A DNA stretch of 64,000 nucleotides from a virus (taxonomy: Duplodnaviria > Heunggongvirae > Uroviricota > Caudoviricetes): the IMG/VR virus record IMGVR_UViG_3300037067_009442, positions 157,721 to 221,720 of that record; one strand, given 5' to 3'. The position numbers were made by a program, and so were the translations under genes. The notes under the pieces are model-generated. The model saw only the letters and a list, made by a program, of their open reading frames with translations, ran no database searches and was not told the origin of the DNA. Shown here piece by piece: positions 46,892-56,592 of this stretch (positions are counted from its first letter, which is position 1; each line of letters starts with the position of its first letter).

Positions 46892-47765
46892 GTAGATGCT
46901 GGATACCCCTCAAGTCCATAGGTTGATTCCTTATTACTATGGGGTTACATTTAGCAGTCTCAATCCTTGAAGCGAGGATCTTCTTTAGTGGTTCCTCTAG
47001 TAGCTTGTTGAGGGTTGATCCCTCAACAAATCTACCATCTTCAAGTACCCCACTTAAGGTTGTTGCATTAGGTACTTGAACGAGTCTGAACTTAACCAAG
47101 TACCTAGTCATTTCAGTAATGGGGTCTAGGTCATAGTCATAGAGCTCACCAGTACCCTGGCAACGACAATGCTTGGCTTGAACACAGTCTAGGATAGCGG
47201 TACCTTTTTTTGAGGTAAACCTAGACCAGATGTGGTCCAAACCCCAACCATATCGATTACCCTCAAATAAAGGAATAACCTTTCTCAATGCTTCCATAGA
47301 CCAACATGGGACCATAGTTTCAACCATGGTAGTATACCGGAGCTTGAAGCCTTCATGTACCGCTGTGATGGGGTGACTGATAAACCCATCTAGACTCAAT
47401 GCAGGTTGGGCCAATTGAAGATTGTACTCACCCATTGTTAGGAATAACTTGTCTATGTTGGCGGTGGTGAACTCCATATCATCATCGACCAACCAAACAT
47501 ACTTCCGATCTTTGAATAAGTCGGGGCGGGTGTGCCAAAGATTGAAGGTATCCTCGAGTTTCCCACCAACCCCATCAACACGTTCAAAACCATCCCCCCT
47601 GTATTTCTCTGAATCAGTTCCATAATAGGAGACTAAAAGATCCCAATGAGGGCTAGTACCCCAGGTCTTGTGGCGAGATTGCTCTCCTGCACGAGCTATG
47701 ACAAGATTTGGTGAGGACATAGTAGGCACTAAGTAAAGGAAACAGTGATCCCGGAGGAGATACAA
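46866..47765 (-). CDS. Glycosyltransferase-like protein (DXD motif)
   Basis: YVWLVDDDMEF resembles a GT-A fold DXD motif. The assignment is tentative. Confidence 0.35.
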   Translation of the reverse strand: MYLLRDHCFLYLVPTMSSPNLVIARAGEQSRHKTWGTSPHWDLLVSYYGTDSEKYRGDGFERVDGVGGKLEDTFNLWHTRPDLFKDRKYVWLVDDDMEFTTANIDKLFLTMGEYNLQLAQPALSLDGFISHPITAVHEGFKLRYTTMVETMVPCWSMEALRKVIPLFEGNRYGWGLDHIWSRFTSKKGTAILDCVQAKHCRCQGTGELYDYDLDPITEMTRYLVKFRLVQVPNATTLSGVLEDGRFVEGSTLNKLLEEPLKKILASRIETAKCNPIVIRNQPMDLRGIQHLLSIQKSKS

Positions 47766-50700
47766 CTTGCATCTCCTCCAGTGTTAGTTGGAGTAGTCAG
47801 CCAAAACTCTAGTGTTGTTGCACCTGTTGCTGGGGTGACAATACCCCCAACAGAGAATTCAGTCTGTAGGCCATCGATAACATCCGATTCGTATAAGGAA
47901 ATGCTGTTGGTCTTGTCATATAGGCGTACTTGAGCAGTTGACCCTGTTGGGATATTGATGATGGCGTCAAAAGTGAAGGTAGGAGTACCAGTGCCTAAGT
48001 TGAAGTAATCTAGTGCGGGAAGTACACCAAGTAGGGTGTAAGTACTCCCCGCTGATTGAACCCCAGCCATAAGAGGTAGGTACTTCATCGAAGAAGGTGG
48101 TGCATTAATAGTGATTGTACCACTATATACACTCATTGAGGACCTGAAGCTCCAGTAACTAAAGGAGTCCATTTCAACTCCACTACCTACCTCCACCCAA
48201 GAACTCCAATTAATAACGCTATTAATACTCCCTGAGCTGTCAATCTCTATGTACCCTGTTGAACTCGAGATACTAACTCGATTAGTATCATCAACTTGAG
48301 CCTCTAAACCCATACCTACTAACTCAGAATTCAAGTCACTTACGATCTGACCCTTTGAGGTTTCCACACCTGCTGTGACAGTAATTGAGGTAAATGGATC
48401 TCCATCGTGACTCTTAATTAGTAGGGTGTTGGCAGTAGTAGTATCTACTGGATCTAGGGTATTGTACCCTCCAATACTACACATGAATAAGGTAGTGGGG
48501 CCATCAAAGGTGCAATTAGTGAGCTGAAGGCCATTGCCATAAATAACAGCGCTCTGAAAGATGCACCTATCGGCTATAAAACTACCAGTGAAAGTACCCC
48601 CTACAACGACTCTATTCAAACTAACCCTAGAGCCAACTTGCATCCCGTTAGCAAGGTAAACACACTCAAGGTAACCACTGCCACTCAAAATACTAACGTA
48701 GGGTAGTGTTACTGAGTAAGGGCTCACCCCGAGCCCCTTTATACTGAGGGGGTTTGGGGGGTTGTGGGTGGATAACCAGTAGACTAGATCCCCTGAGTAG
48801 TTACCTGGGGTGACAAGTAAGGTTGGGCCCGGGTAGGTGATGCCGCTTACTTGACTGATTGCAGAACTTATCGATGAGTATGGGTTACCTATACTACCAT
48901 TCTCACTGGTAAGTGGTAGACTCGTCCCACCATCAAGGTAACGAATGTTTGACAGTGGTGTTAAAACACTGGTTGCTACCTCAAGCTTAATGGACCCTCC
49001 TCGAAGAGTTAGGACCTTACCTTGGTTAACCCCAAGATCCGTGATAGGTGCAACAGGGATCCCCGCTAGGTGCATCAAAGAACCTAACTTAAGGGCCCCA
49101 CCCATTGGGTAAGTAGTAATGGGGTAGGTGTTTCCGTCATCACCTACCTGGCTCACATAATCACCCTGACGGAAGGCTATGTAAGGCCCTCCTTGGTTGA
49201 TACTTGTGATACAAGAAGGGCCATCTGAAGGTAGGTTCTGACTTAGGCTGATTGACCCTAGTCCTGGAATACAGTGGACTCGGTAAGGATTTAACCCCTC
49301 ATCGGGCCCACCTGTCAGCAACCAAAAAACACTTCTAGATGTATCAATCGACACGTCTAGGGCATAAGTGGGAGCACTCTGTAGTTCCGATAGGTCCCAA
49401 GCCTCTATTTGAGAACCTGGGGCATAGTAAGGGTTTTCCCTAAATTGACCCTCAATAATGTTGATCCAGATTTCCCCATCAAAGTCATTCTCTGCCACCA
49501 TCAAGTAAGTGTCAGACCCACTTGTATATTGCTTGACCGCAGCTACCTGAATCCCGTCCCCTACTACTGTAGGGTTCAGGTAAGTGTCAACGTAGTTGCT
49601 TCCTTGCAGTAAGTGGTAATGATAGGCCCCGGAGTAAGGAGCAGCAGCAAGGTAGTCATACCCTCCAAGAGTGTTAGCTATCCTGATGATACCCGCTAAA
49701 TCAGTATCATCCGTTGGATCTGCCGCAACCACAAGACTGTCCACGTCATCATTAATGTGGACCTCAGTCTCCCCTAAGTGAGCATTGAACTTAGCTTTGA
49801 GATCAATAGCGAGGGCATAACTATTGGGGTAAGAAGGACCCTCATAAGGATCATCAAGGGTTGCATCACCAGTGACAACGTTTGCCACGTCATCTATAAG
49901 GTGGGACCCAAATTGAGTCCTGTGTGCATTGAACTTGTCCCTCAGATCATTGAGTAAGATAGCAACCTCAGGGAAGCTGGGGGATAACCCTATTGTACTG
50001 AAGTTGACCGTATCAGATATGTTATGAACAGGACACTTTACTTGAGACCTGTGGGTGTTGTAAACAGAACGGATGTCATTTGCTAGGGCTATGATCCCTG
50101 GAAGATCAGTATCATCCATTACCACATCAACAGTCAACCTCGAGAGGATGTCTATGTAGTAATGGAGTCCAGTGATTGTAAGCCCCCCATAAGCCCAGTT
50201 AGGTGTGTGAGTGTGACCAGATAAGTAACCTCGAAGCCTATTAGCTAGCTCAGTGGCTGTCGTGTAAGGGCTCGCCACATCTGTGGCATCCGGAGTTGTC
50301 ATTATGTTCCCAGTATCAGGGAACAAGTGGACCTCAGGTTGGACAAGGTGCAGGTTGAACTTAGCCTTCAGGTCATTAAGAAGCAACTGCACTGAAGTTA
50401 AGTCAGTAGCTTCTGGTAGGGTTACTGAGTTGAAGGTGTCGTTGTTCTTGTGGACAGTGAGAGAAGGGTTATACCTTGAGACAATCCCGAATGTACTATC
50501 TCTCCCATAAACCTCTCCTCCATACCAAATGAAGTCTGAGGTACTGGTTTCAACATTCACCCTAGGTATGAACTCAGAGTTTGGGTGAGAGTCTACCGCA
50601 TCGATAACCCCAGTTGAAGGGTTGATCCTGAGTATTCTGAAGACAGACTCGAAGCTATCCATCACACCAACTACCAAAAGACCATTGGTATAGCCGATTG

Positions 50701-52603
50701 ATAGCAGTTGGCTGATTGACGACGGCAAAGTCATTGCCAATGAGTAGGCTACCACTGGAGAAACTAAAGTAGTGTCAACCTTCCAAAGGTAATAGCTTGG
50801 GGCTGCGGGAGCCTCTTGGTAAGTACCAGTGAACCAAGCGTACCTAGTCCCATCAAATACCCCATTGAAGATCTCAAGGCTATTCAGATCGAGTGTTCCG
50901 CCAGTATTGTTCAGGTTAATTGAGGTTGAGACGTATTGGTCAGGAGTCAACTCTGAGATCGCAACGTGAACCACACTTGACTTCCTAACAACCATGAAGG
51001 TGTAGGGGTCAAGAGGGACAATCTTATGAGGTGCTCCAGATTCCGGAAAGGATGTCAGAACATCCCCAGCCTTCACCATATCGGGGTAAGGTACTGGGGT
51101 GTTCAGGTTCAAGTTGGTGACAACCTTCTCTGAAAATCCAGTGATCGGACTCGGGATAGTAGTCTCACCAATGGTGAATGAAGTGAACCCATGCTCGGAT
51201 AGAACAGGATTATCTCCAACAGACACCCATACCTTGACCCCCTGTACTGTTACTTGGTTGTACTGGGAAGTCATCCACCCTTCAGTTGCGGCATTAGGCC
51301 CTAGAGCTACTGTTTTGGCCTTAGTCGTAATATCAACCGCAGTCACATGCTTATGGCTGTCTGAGATGTAGAGTGCGGTAGTTGTGGAGGCTATCCCAGT
51401 AGCATAAGGCTCATAGTAGTTACCACTAGTATTCCAGCAGATTTCAGTACTTGAGGTAGGTGCAGCTGGGAAAGTAGGAATGTCATACTGGAACAAGTAC
51501 GACATCTCAGACATCTCACCAAAAGACTGTAAACCAAGCAACCAGATGTTCCCATCAGTGCTTATGATATCGATGGCACTGAACCAGTCAGTAAGCATCA
51601 CAAAAGTAGAGGTGAGTGTTGTCGGGTTGATCCTTACAAGGGTTTGGCTCCTAGCAGCCCAGATGTAACCATCGGAACCAAAGTGCATTATTTTCAGGTC
51701 GTCAATCGGACCACCAGTGATAACAACCCTAGTCCCATTGGGAGCTTGTGCGGGGAACGCGACTCGAACCTCAGACATCGGTATGTACTGAACGGCACTC
51801 TCTGGTTCAGGGTTGTTGGCATAAGCTAACCAAAGGCGATCAGTGCTGTCGACACAAGCAGTGCATTCCCAAGAAAGTAGTGGAACCCAACCCACCATCT
51901 TCTCAGTGAGTAAGTCAACCACGACTACCGCGACACCACTAGTGTCAAAACCTAGGAGGTAGTTTCCATAGATCTTCAGGGTGGAGATGTAGAAGGTGTT
52001 TAACTCAGTTGAGGTATGAATGATGGCTAACGGAGAACTCCAATCATCTGGATTCACCTTCGCAATCAGGCTCATGCTTGAACTAGTTACCCAAAGGTTA
52101 GTACCGTCCGAGACAACACCACTCCCAGGGGTAAATTGAAGATCAGGGCTAGTGTACAGAACTTCTTTGATCGGTAGCCCTTCAACTCCAATCACCGTTT
52201 GAACGGTAGATGAGCCTGCTAGGTCTCCACCTGCGGTAAACCCTCCTCCGCCCCCCGCTGCCCATTGAGCATGAGTTGAGTCGATAGCAGTGAGTACCTG
52301 TCCCGTAGTAGGGGCGGTTGCACCAGAGACTGAAACTACTGTTGTAGTAGTCTGAAGCCCAGTAGCTACTCCACTTAGGGCCTCAGCAGCCCACGTGGAA
52401 AGATCTGATAATAACCTGTACTTGGTCCCAGTATCGAGGGTGAGAGCTTCCATGCCCTCTTCTCGGATATATACAGGGATAGTATCATCAGTTAGGTTGG
52501 CCAAGCTGGCAACCATCTGAGGAGCTCCAACGATGTCCTTCCGATCAGCAGTCGGAGTGGGGGCGTTGTTCTTGCGAGTGGCTTTGTCTAGGAATTCAGG
52601 CAT
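47729..52603 (-). CDS. Giant virion fibre / structural protein (about 1,625 aa)
   Basis: Continuous 4.9-kb ORF. The ATG at 52603 overlaps the upstream stop (TAATG). The N-terminal motif SGATAPTTGQVLTAIDSTHAQWAAGGGGG is shared with the other structural proteins. The rest is rich in beta-helix/propeller-like repeats. Confidence 0.6.
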   Translation of the reverse strand: MPEFLDKATRKNNAPTPTADRKDIVGAPQMVASLANLTDDTIPVYIREEGMEALTLDTGTKYRLLSDLSTWAAEALSGVATGLQTTTTVVSVSGATAPTTGQVLTAIDSTHAQWAAGGGGGFTAGGDLAGSSTVQTVIGVEGLPIKEVLYTSPDLQFTPGSGVVSDGTNLWVTSSSMSLIAKVNPDDWSSPLAIIHTSTELNTFYISTLKIYGNYLLGFDTSGVAVVVVDLLTEKMVGWVPLLSWECTACVDSTDRLWLAYANNPEPESAVQYIPMSEVRVAFPAQAPNGTRVVITGGPIDDLKIMHFGSDGYIWAARSQTLVRINPTTLTSTFVMLTDWFSAIDIISTDGNIWLLGLQSFGEMSEMSYLFQYDIPTFPAAPTSSTEICWNTSGNYYEPYATGIASTTTALYISDSHKHVTAVDITTKAKTVALGPNAATEGWMTSQYNQVTVQGVKVWVSVGDNPVLSEHGFTSFTIGETTIPSPITGFSEKVVTNLNLNTPVPYPDMVKAGDVLTSFPESGAPHKIVPLDPYTFMVVRKSSVVHVAISELTPDQYVSTSINLNNTGGTLDLNSLEIFNGVFDGTRYAWFTGTYQEAPAAPSYYLWKVDTTLVSPVVAYSLAMTLPSSISQLLSIGYTNGLLVVGVMDSFESVFRILRINPSTGVIDAVDSHPNSEFIPRVNVETSTSDFIWYGGEVYGRDSTFGIVSRYNPSLTVHKNNDTFNSVTLPEATDLTSVQLLLNDLKAKFNLHLVQPEVHLFPDTGNIMTTPDATDVASPYTTATELANRLRGYLSGHTHTPNWAYGGLTITGLHYYIDILSRLTVDVVMDDTDLPGIIALANDIRSVYNTHRSQVKCPVHNISDTVNFSTIGLSPSFPEVAILLNDLRDKFNAHRTQFGSHLIDDVANVVTGDATLDDPYEGPSYPNSYALAIDLKAKFNAHLGETEVHINDDVDSLVVAADPTDDTDLAGIIRIANTLGGYDYLAAAPYSGAYHYHLLQGSNYVDTYLNPTVVGDGIQVAAVKQYTSGSDTYLMVAENDFDGEIWINIIEGQFRENPYYAPGSQIEAWDLSELQSAPTYALDVSIDTSRSVFWLLTGGPDEGLNPYRVHCIPGLGSISLSQNLPSDGPSCITSINQGGPYIAFRQGDYVSQVGDDGNTYPITTYPMGGALKLGSLMHLAGIPVAPITDLGVNQGKVLTLRGGSIKLEVATSVLTPLSNIRYLDGGTSLPLTSENGSIGNPYSSISSAISQVSGITYPGPTLLVTPGNYSGDLVYWLSTHNPPNPLSIKGLGVSPYSVTLPYVSILSGSGYLECVYLANGMQVGSRVSLNRVVVGGTFTGSFIADRCIFQSAVIYGNGLQLTNCTFDGPTTLFMCSIGGYNTLDPVDTTTANTLLIKSHDGDPFTSITVTAGVETSKGQIVSDLNSELVGMGLEAQVDDTNRVSISSSTGYIEIDSSGSINSVINWSSWVEVGSGVEMDSFSYWSFRSSMSVYSGTITINAPPSSMKYLPLMAGVQSAGSTYTLLGVLPALDYFNLGTGTPTFTFDAIINIPTGSTAQVRLYDKTNSISLYESDVIDGLQTEFSVGGIVTPATGATTLEFWLTTPTNTGGDASCISSGITVSFT

Positions 52604-53934
52604 TAGAGCACCGTCACCGTTGTTGAGCCCAGACCCGGAGTAGTGGAGACTCTCCAAAGGTCATAGTTTTGAATGATCCCTTGAGCATTAGTTACAGCTA
52701 CTGCGGAGGCCTCTAGGGACCCCGCGTATTGAAGCCCACCCGACCAGAAGATTGGGGTTCCATAGCTCGAGGGAAGTGCAAAGTATAAATACTGGCCTGC
52801 TAATGCATTATCTGTGTAGGTAGTAACCCTCGAGGTTTGCAGGTTACTACTAGCTAGGCCTGTAATGAAGGCAGCATTATAAGTTCCAGAGACAGAGGCA
52901 CCATGGTATACCCTAGGGAGCCAAGTCACAGTTACTGCAGAAGACTTAGCTGAAGCCCCCGTGACATTGAGAGTCATTGTCCAAGTTGGAGCTGCCCCGA
53001 TCCCAGAGCGAAGGATGGATCCTGCCATGGACCCTGAAGCGAATGGACTATTGAAGGTCCAACTCCCTGGAGCAGTATCAGTCCCACCTGTAGAACCCCC
53101 TGTAGAGTTGGTAATCGTGCCGCTAACAGGGGGTCCAGAGACATAGGATGCAGAAGCCGTTACCCCAGAGATCTCCGTTCCTAGTTCAACTACAGCTGAG
53201 TAATTAGTGCCTGTAGGTGTGAAAGAGGCAATAGAGAAACCTGGAAGGATATCGTCTTGAGTGAGTTGCCTCTTGACGTTCCCACTTGGTGAGCCAATAA
53301 CAACCGCCTCATTAGCTAGGTTGAGCCATGCTGCATTAGTTGAATCAGTAGCCTCAAGGATAGCTCCTGTTGAAGGGGGTGTTGCTGAAAGAGCTACACC
53401 TCGAAGAGCTACCACAGAGGGTGTGGGGTAGTTTGCACCTAAGTCACCTCCAGCAGGCCCTGAAGGTGCTCCGCCACCTCCGCCACCTCCGGATCGTATG
53501 AAAGCATTGAGGAGGGTAGTCCAACCAAAGTCAGGATCCCCTTCGAAGCGCTCCCCTACTGCTCCAACCCGGAAGCCACTACTGAGTAAGGTGTAGACCC
53601 CAAAGGTTGATACTTGACCTGGCCCCCCACCGTCAACAGTAGACCTGAGGATAATAGCCCTCCCAACACCAACACCAACAGGTAAGGTGAAGGTGACAAC
53701 TGTCGAAGGTGATGCTACTTCCCCAGTACCTGAGACCCCAGTAAGAGGTGGGGCACTTGCAGTGACCTCATCGACCCCAAAGACTTTCAGAAACCACTGT
53801 CCAACTGGACCTGGTGTCTTCAATCGAATACTAACAGTATCTCCGGCCGCTACATCGATCCCCCCAGCGGTTTCATACCATGTCCCTGGAGAGGGGTCAG
53901 AAGAGTACTGAACTTGAACTGACGGTGATGACAT
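52603..53934 (-). CDS. Virion structural protein (Gly-rich, fibre/baseplate-like)
   Basis: 443-aa ORF with a GGGGGGG run and the shared SATPPSTGAILEATDSTNAAWLN motif. Confidence 0.5.
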   Translation of the reverse strand: MSSPSVQVQYSSDPSPGTWYETAGGIDVAAGDTVSIRLKTPGPVGQWFLKVFGVDEVTASAPPLTGVSGTGEVASPSTVVTFTLPVGVGVGRAIILRSTVDGGGPGQVSTFGVYTLLSSGFRVGAVGERFEGDPDFGWTTLLNAFIRSGGGGGGGAPSGPAGGDLGANYPTPSVVALRGVALSATPPSTGAILEATDSTNAAWLNLANEAVVIGSPSGNVKRQLTQDDILPGFSIASFTPTGTNYSAVVELGTEISGVTASASYVSGPPVSGTITNSTGGSTGGTDTAPGSWTFNSPFASGSMAGSILRSGIGAAPTWTMTLNVTGASAKSSAVTVTWLPRVYHGASVSGTYNAAFITGLASSNLQTSRVTTYTDNALAGQYLYFALPSSYGTPIFWSGGLQYAGSLEASAVAVTNAQGIIQNYDLWRVSTTPGLGSTTVTVL

Positions 53935-54019
53935 CCTAATGGTGGATGTCCGTCAAAAGTTTATCGATGAGCCGTCTTCAATAAGCCACTGATACAACTA
54001 CCACTAGTGAAGTACCCCT

Positions 54020-54400
54020 GTGACTGACCAAGACCCCCTAGTTCAGAAAGTAGTAAGTAGTTTTACTACAGAATCTAGTGACAACTCTCTAATCTCGAGA
54101 GTTGCTGAGCGATTCATCAAAGCTAGTTACTTCAAGCCGGGAGATCTCGTGCTCTATGGGAAATACAAGAACCATAAAGGCAAAGTGATCAGCTTCGGGC
54201 AGGACAAATGGGGTAACCCAACTGTAGAGATAGAGCCTATCCCTAAAGGGCGCAAACAGAACAAGATCTTTGGTCTGTTCCGTATCTGGCGGGCGGATGT
54301 TAAAGAGAAAGCTCTTGCCGAGCAAAAAGCCCAACAAGAGCAGGACAACCAACTAGTAACCAGAGTTACCGCTCGGTTTACTAACGACGGCGAACCTTAG
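54020..54400 (+). CDS. Hypothetical protein; C-terminus ends VTARFTNDGEP
   Basis: 126-aa ORF carrying a variant of the shared C-terminal motif. Confidence 0.35.
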   Translation: MTDQDPLVQKVVSSFTTESSDNSLISRVAERFIKASYFKPGDLVLYGKYKNHKGKVISFGQDKWGNPTVEIEPIPKGRKQNKIFGLFRIWRADVKEKALAEQKAQQEQDNQLVTRVTARFTNDGEP

Positions 54401-55112
54401 GCTTAGTAGGCTTCGCCACTCGGGTCTTCTTCCGGATGTCGGCCTTGATGTTGTCCCTCACCTTTCTCATATCGAATGAGGGGATGGCACTCTGAATGGT
54501 CTTACCGTCTAGGTGATCATACTCGTGTTGAATAGCCCGTGCAAAGAAGCCTTTTGCAATCAGGACTTGCTCTTTGCTCTCGATATCCAAGTACTTCACT
54601 CGAATTGAGTTATACCGTTCGATACTCCCAAACCCACCAGGGAAAGATAGACATCCTTCCTTTGAGGGGATCTTCGGAGTAGCCTTAGCGTGATCTACGT
54701 CAGGAACGGTATCGAGCTCTTCAGTAAAGGGCTCCAACACAGGATTGATGAAGATGTGAGGGTTAGCTTTCTCAGCGTGACCCTTCCATTCAATGTCCAC
54801 TACGAAGATCCTCAGTAGCTTACCAATCTGAGGAGCGGCGAGTCCAACCCCACCCTCCACCATCATTGTGTAAACCATGTCCTTGGCTAGCTTGACAACC
54901 TCAGGGGATACTAATCCGGTTGCAGCAGATACAGGGATAGGTAAGCAAGCCTGCTTCAGGAAATCACTCGGGAAGTAGACCAAAGGAAGTAACTCCAACT
55001 TCCCTTCCTCACAGTCGCACTCGACATCATGAGTATGTTCGGGTTCCGCTTCACCCTCGGAGGTTTTTAGATTCACAAGGTAATCAGCGACGATTGGGTT
55101 GCGAAAGTTCAT
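54381..55112 (-). CDS. def: Peptide deformylase with acidic N-terminal extension
   Basis: All three PDF motifs are present: GVGLAAPQIG, EGCLSFPG and HEYDHLDG. Confidence 0.7.
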   Translation of the reverse strand: MNFRNPIVADYLVNLKTSEGEAEPEHTHDVECDCEEGKLELLPLVYFPSDFLKQACLPIPVSAATGLVSPEVVKLAKDMVYTMMVEGGVGLAAPQIGKLLRIFVVDIEWKGHAEKANPHIFINPVLEPFTEELDTVPDVDHAKATPKIPSKEGCLSFPGGFGSIERYNSIRVKYLDIESKEQVLIAKGFFARAIQHEYDHLDGKTIQSAIPSFDMRKVRDNIKADIRKKTRVAKPTKPKVRRR

Positions 55113-55118
55113 GGTTCT

Positions 55119-55784
55119 TTATCTGTGCCTCTCGTAAGGTTGTTTCCCTAGGGCTGCTTCATAGAAGCTGTTATCTTTATGAGGACATACTCCAGTACTC
55201 CTTCGACCGCAATTGCAATTGTAACACATAACCTGAAGAGTAGAATCTAAGGGAAGGTTCAATAATTTCTTGTAGAAACCACTCCCAGCTCGAAACCCCT
55301 TCTCTTTTCTTCTTTCCGCTCCGTCGTTATTGATATGATCTATAGTCAAGAAAGCTACCCGCTCTTCTCCGCAACAAGTACACTGCCCACCATACTTCTG
55401 CATGGCTTTGTACTTGATTCTGATAGCTCGCTGGCGCTCAGTTAAACTACAATCACAGCAAAGTAGGCCTCTACTTCTAGGTTTACCTGGGACCCTACAG
55501 GAGACACAATAACCTAACTTCTTAGCTTCATGGTACTGAATACGAAACTTACCTGGGTTCTTCTCTCGGTATCTTCTAGTACCCTCCTTGGAGTTACTCA
55601 GACAGTTCTGACATTGCTTTTTATCGGGAACCAGAAACTCAGATCCACAATTGGAGCATCTCCCCTCTGCTATCCATTTTCTTGAGATCTCCCTCTTGTA
55701 GGTACTACGTTTTCTCAATCCAACTTGAGGCCGCTGTGACTCCGTTTTGACCTTGGTAGTGGCTCTTGAGTCCGAGGGATCCAT
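55119..55784 (-). CDS. Cys-rich zinc-finger protein
   Basis: Multiple CxxC pairs (CSNCG, CQNC, CVSC, CCDC, CTCCG, CYNCNCG). The start is probably a later TTG near 55718, which would avoid an 80-nt overlap with dcd. Confidence 0.4.
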   Translation of the reverse strand: MDPSDSRATTKVKTESQRPQVGLRKRSTYKREISRKWIAEGRCSNCGSEFLVPDKKQCQNCLSNSKEGTRRYREKNPGKFRIQYHEAKKLGYCVSCRVPGKPRSRGLLCCDCSLTERQRAIRIKYKAMQKYGGQCTCCGEERVAFLTIDHINNDGAERRKEKGFRAGSGFYKKLLNLPLDSTLQVMCYNCNCGRRSTGVCPHKDNSFYEAALGKQPYERHR

Positions 55785-56274
55785 AGGGCTTTGAGCACTC
55801 CTTGCTCATCTTACTAAAACTAATCTGGGCTATCTTCATACCAGGCCAAAGAACTAAGTTCCACGGACCATGATTGACGACCTCTAAGGTAATTTTCCCG
55901 TTAAACCCTGGATCAATAAATCCGGCAGTAATGTGAACAGCCAAGAAGATCCTACCAAGCGTTGACTTACCCTCTACTCGAGCCATAATATCGCTAGGCA
56001 AACCAACTACTTCCTTAGTGGATGCAAGGATGCAAGAACCAGGACTCAACTCAAACTCATCCTGTATAGTGTGTTTTGTCAGTAACTCTGATGGGTGAGT
56101 GGAGCGTAGATCAACTCGGTAAGGGTTTGAGGTCAGTATAGGTATCAAGATCTCCGATGATAAAGTAAGGTCGTAACTAGCAGGCTGCACTAACTCCTCA
56201 GTGAAAGGAGTGATTATGATCTTACTAGATCGTACGCTTTCAGTAATCTCATGATCCGACAAGGTGCCCGACAT
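55705..56274 (-). CDS. dcd: dCTP deaminase / dUTPase-fold protein
   Basis: MSGTLSDHEITESV N-terminus like Dcd, plus GFIDPGFNGKITLEVVNHGPWNLVLWPGMKIAQISF. The ATG at 56274 was preferred over the upstream TTG. Confidence 0.6.
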   Translation of the reverse strand: MSGTLSDHEITESVRSSKIIITPFTEELVQPASYDLTLSSEILIPILTSNPYRVDLRSTHPSELLTKHTIQDEFELSPGSCILASTKEVVGLPSDIMARVEGKSTLGRIFLAVHITAGFIDPGFNGKITLEVVNHGPWNLVLWPGMKIAQISFSKMSKECSKPYGSLGLKSHYQGQNGVTAASSWIEKT

Positions 56275-56385
56275 TAGTAACACCCTCTGATGAACTTTCC
56301 CAGGGTAATCCCTATTGACATGGGACCTAATACACCAACGAAGAGAGTGATTTGGCCTCAAGATCAATGGACTTTTATACTGAAC

Positions 56386-56438
56386 GGCCGACGGAAACCT
56401 GCAACGTGGCGCAGGTTTCCGTCAGCGGGCCGGTTTTT
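56386..56438 (+). terminator. Intrinsic-terminator-like hairpin (ggccgacggaaacctgc / gcaggtttccgtc..ggcc) followed by TTTTT
   Basis: Read directly from the sequence. It lies in the divergent region between dcd (minus strand) and the 56593 plus-strand gene. Confidence 0.4.
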
Positions 56439-56592
56439 CAGCTAAAAGGCCGGTGCGGAAATCATGCTGTTTCGTGAAATTCCATTAGACTCAGATCATC
56501 TAAGAATGGACTTAGATGGTGTCTAATGCCCTCTAAATTGAGATATCCGGTTGAGATCCGGTCGACTCGTTCGTAGTATCTGGTAGGTCAAT

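Noticed and set aside
47745-51829. Several 60-90-aa plus-strand ORFs inside the giant minus-strand fibre gene
   Set aside because: Antisense to a continuous 4.9-kb ORF with conserved structural motifs. Spurious.
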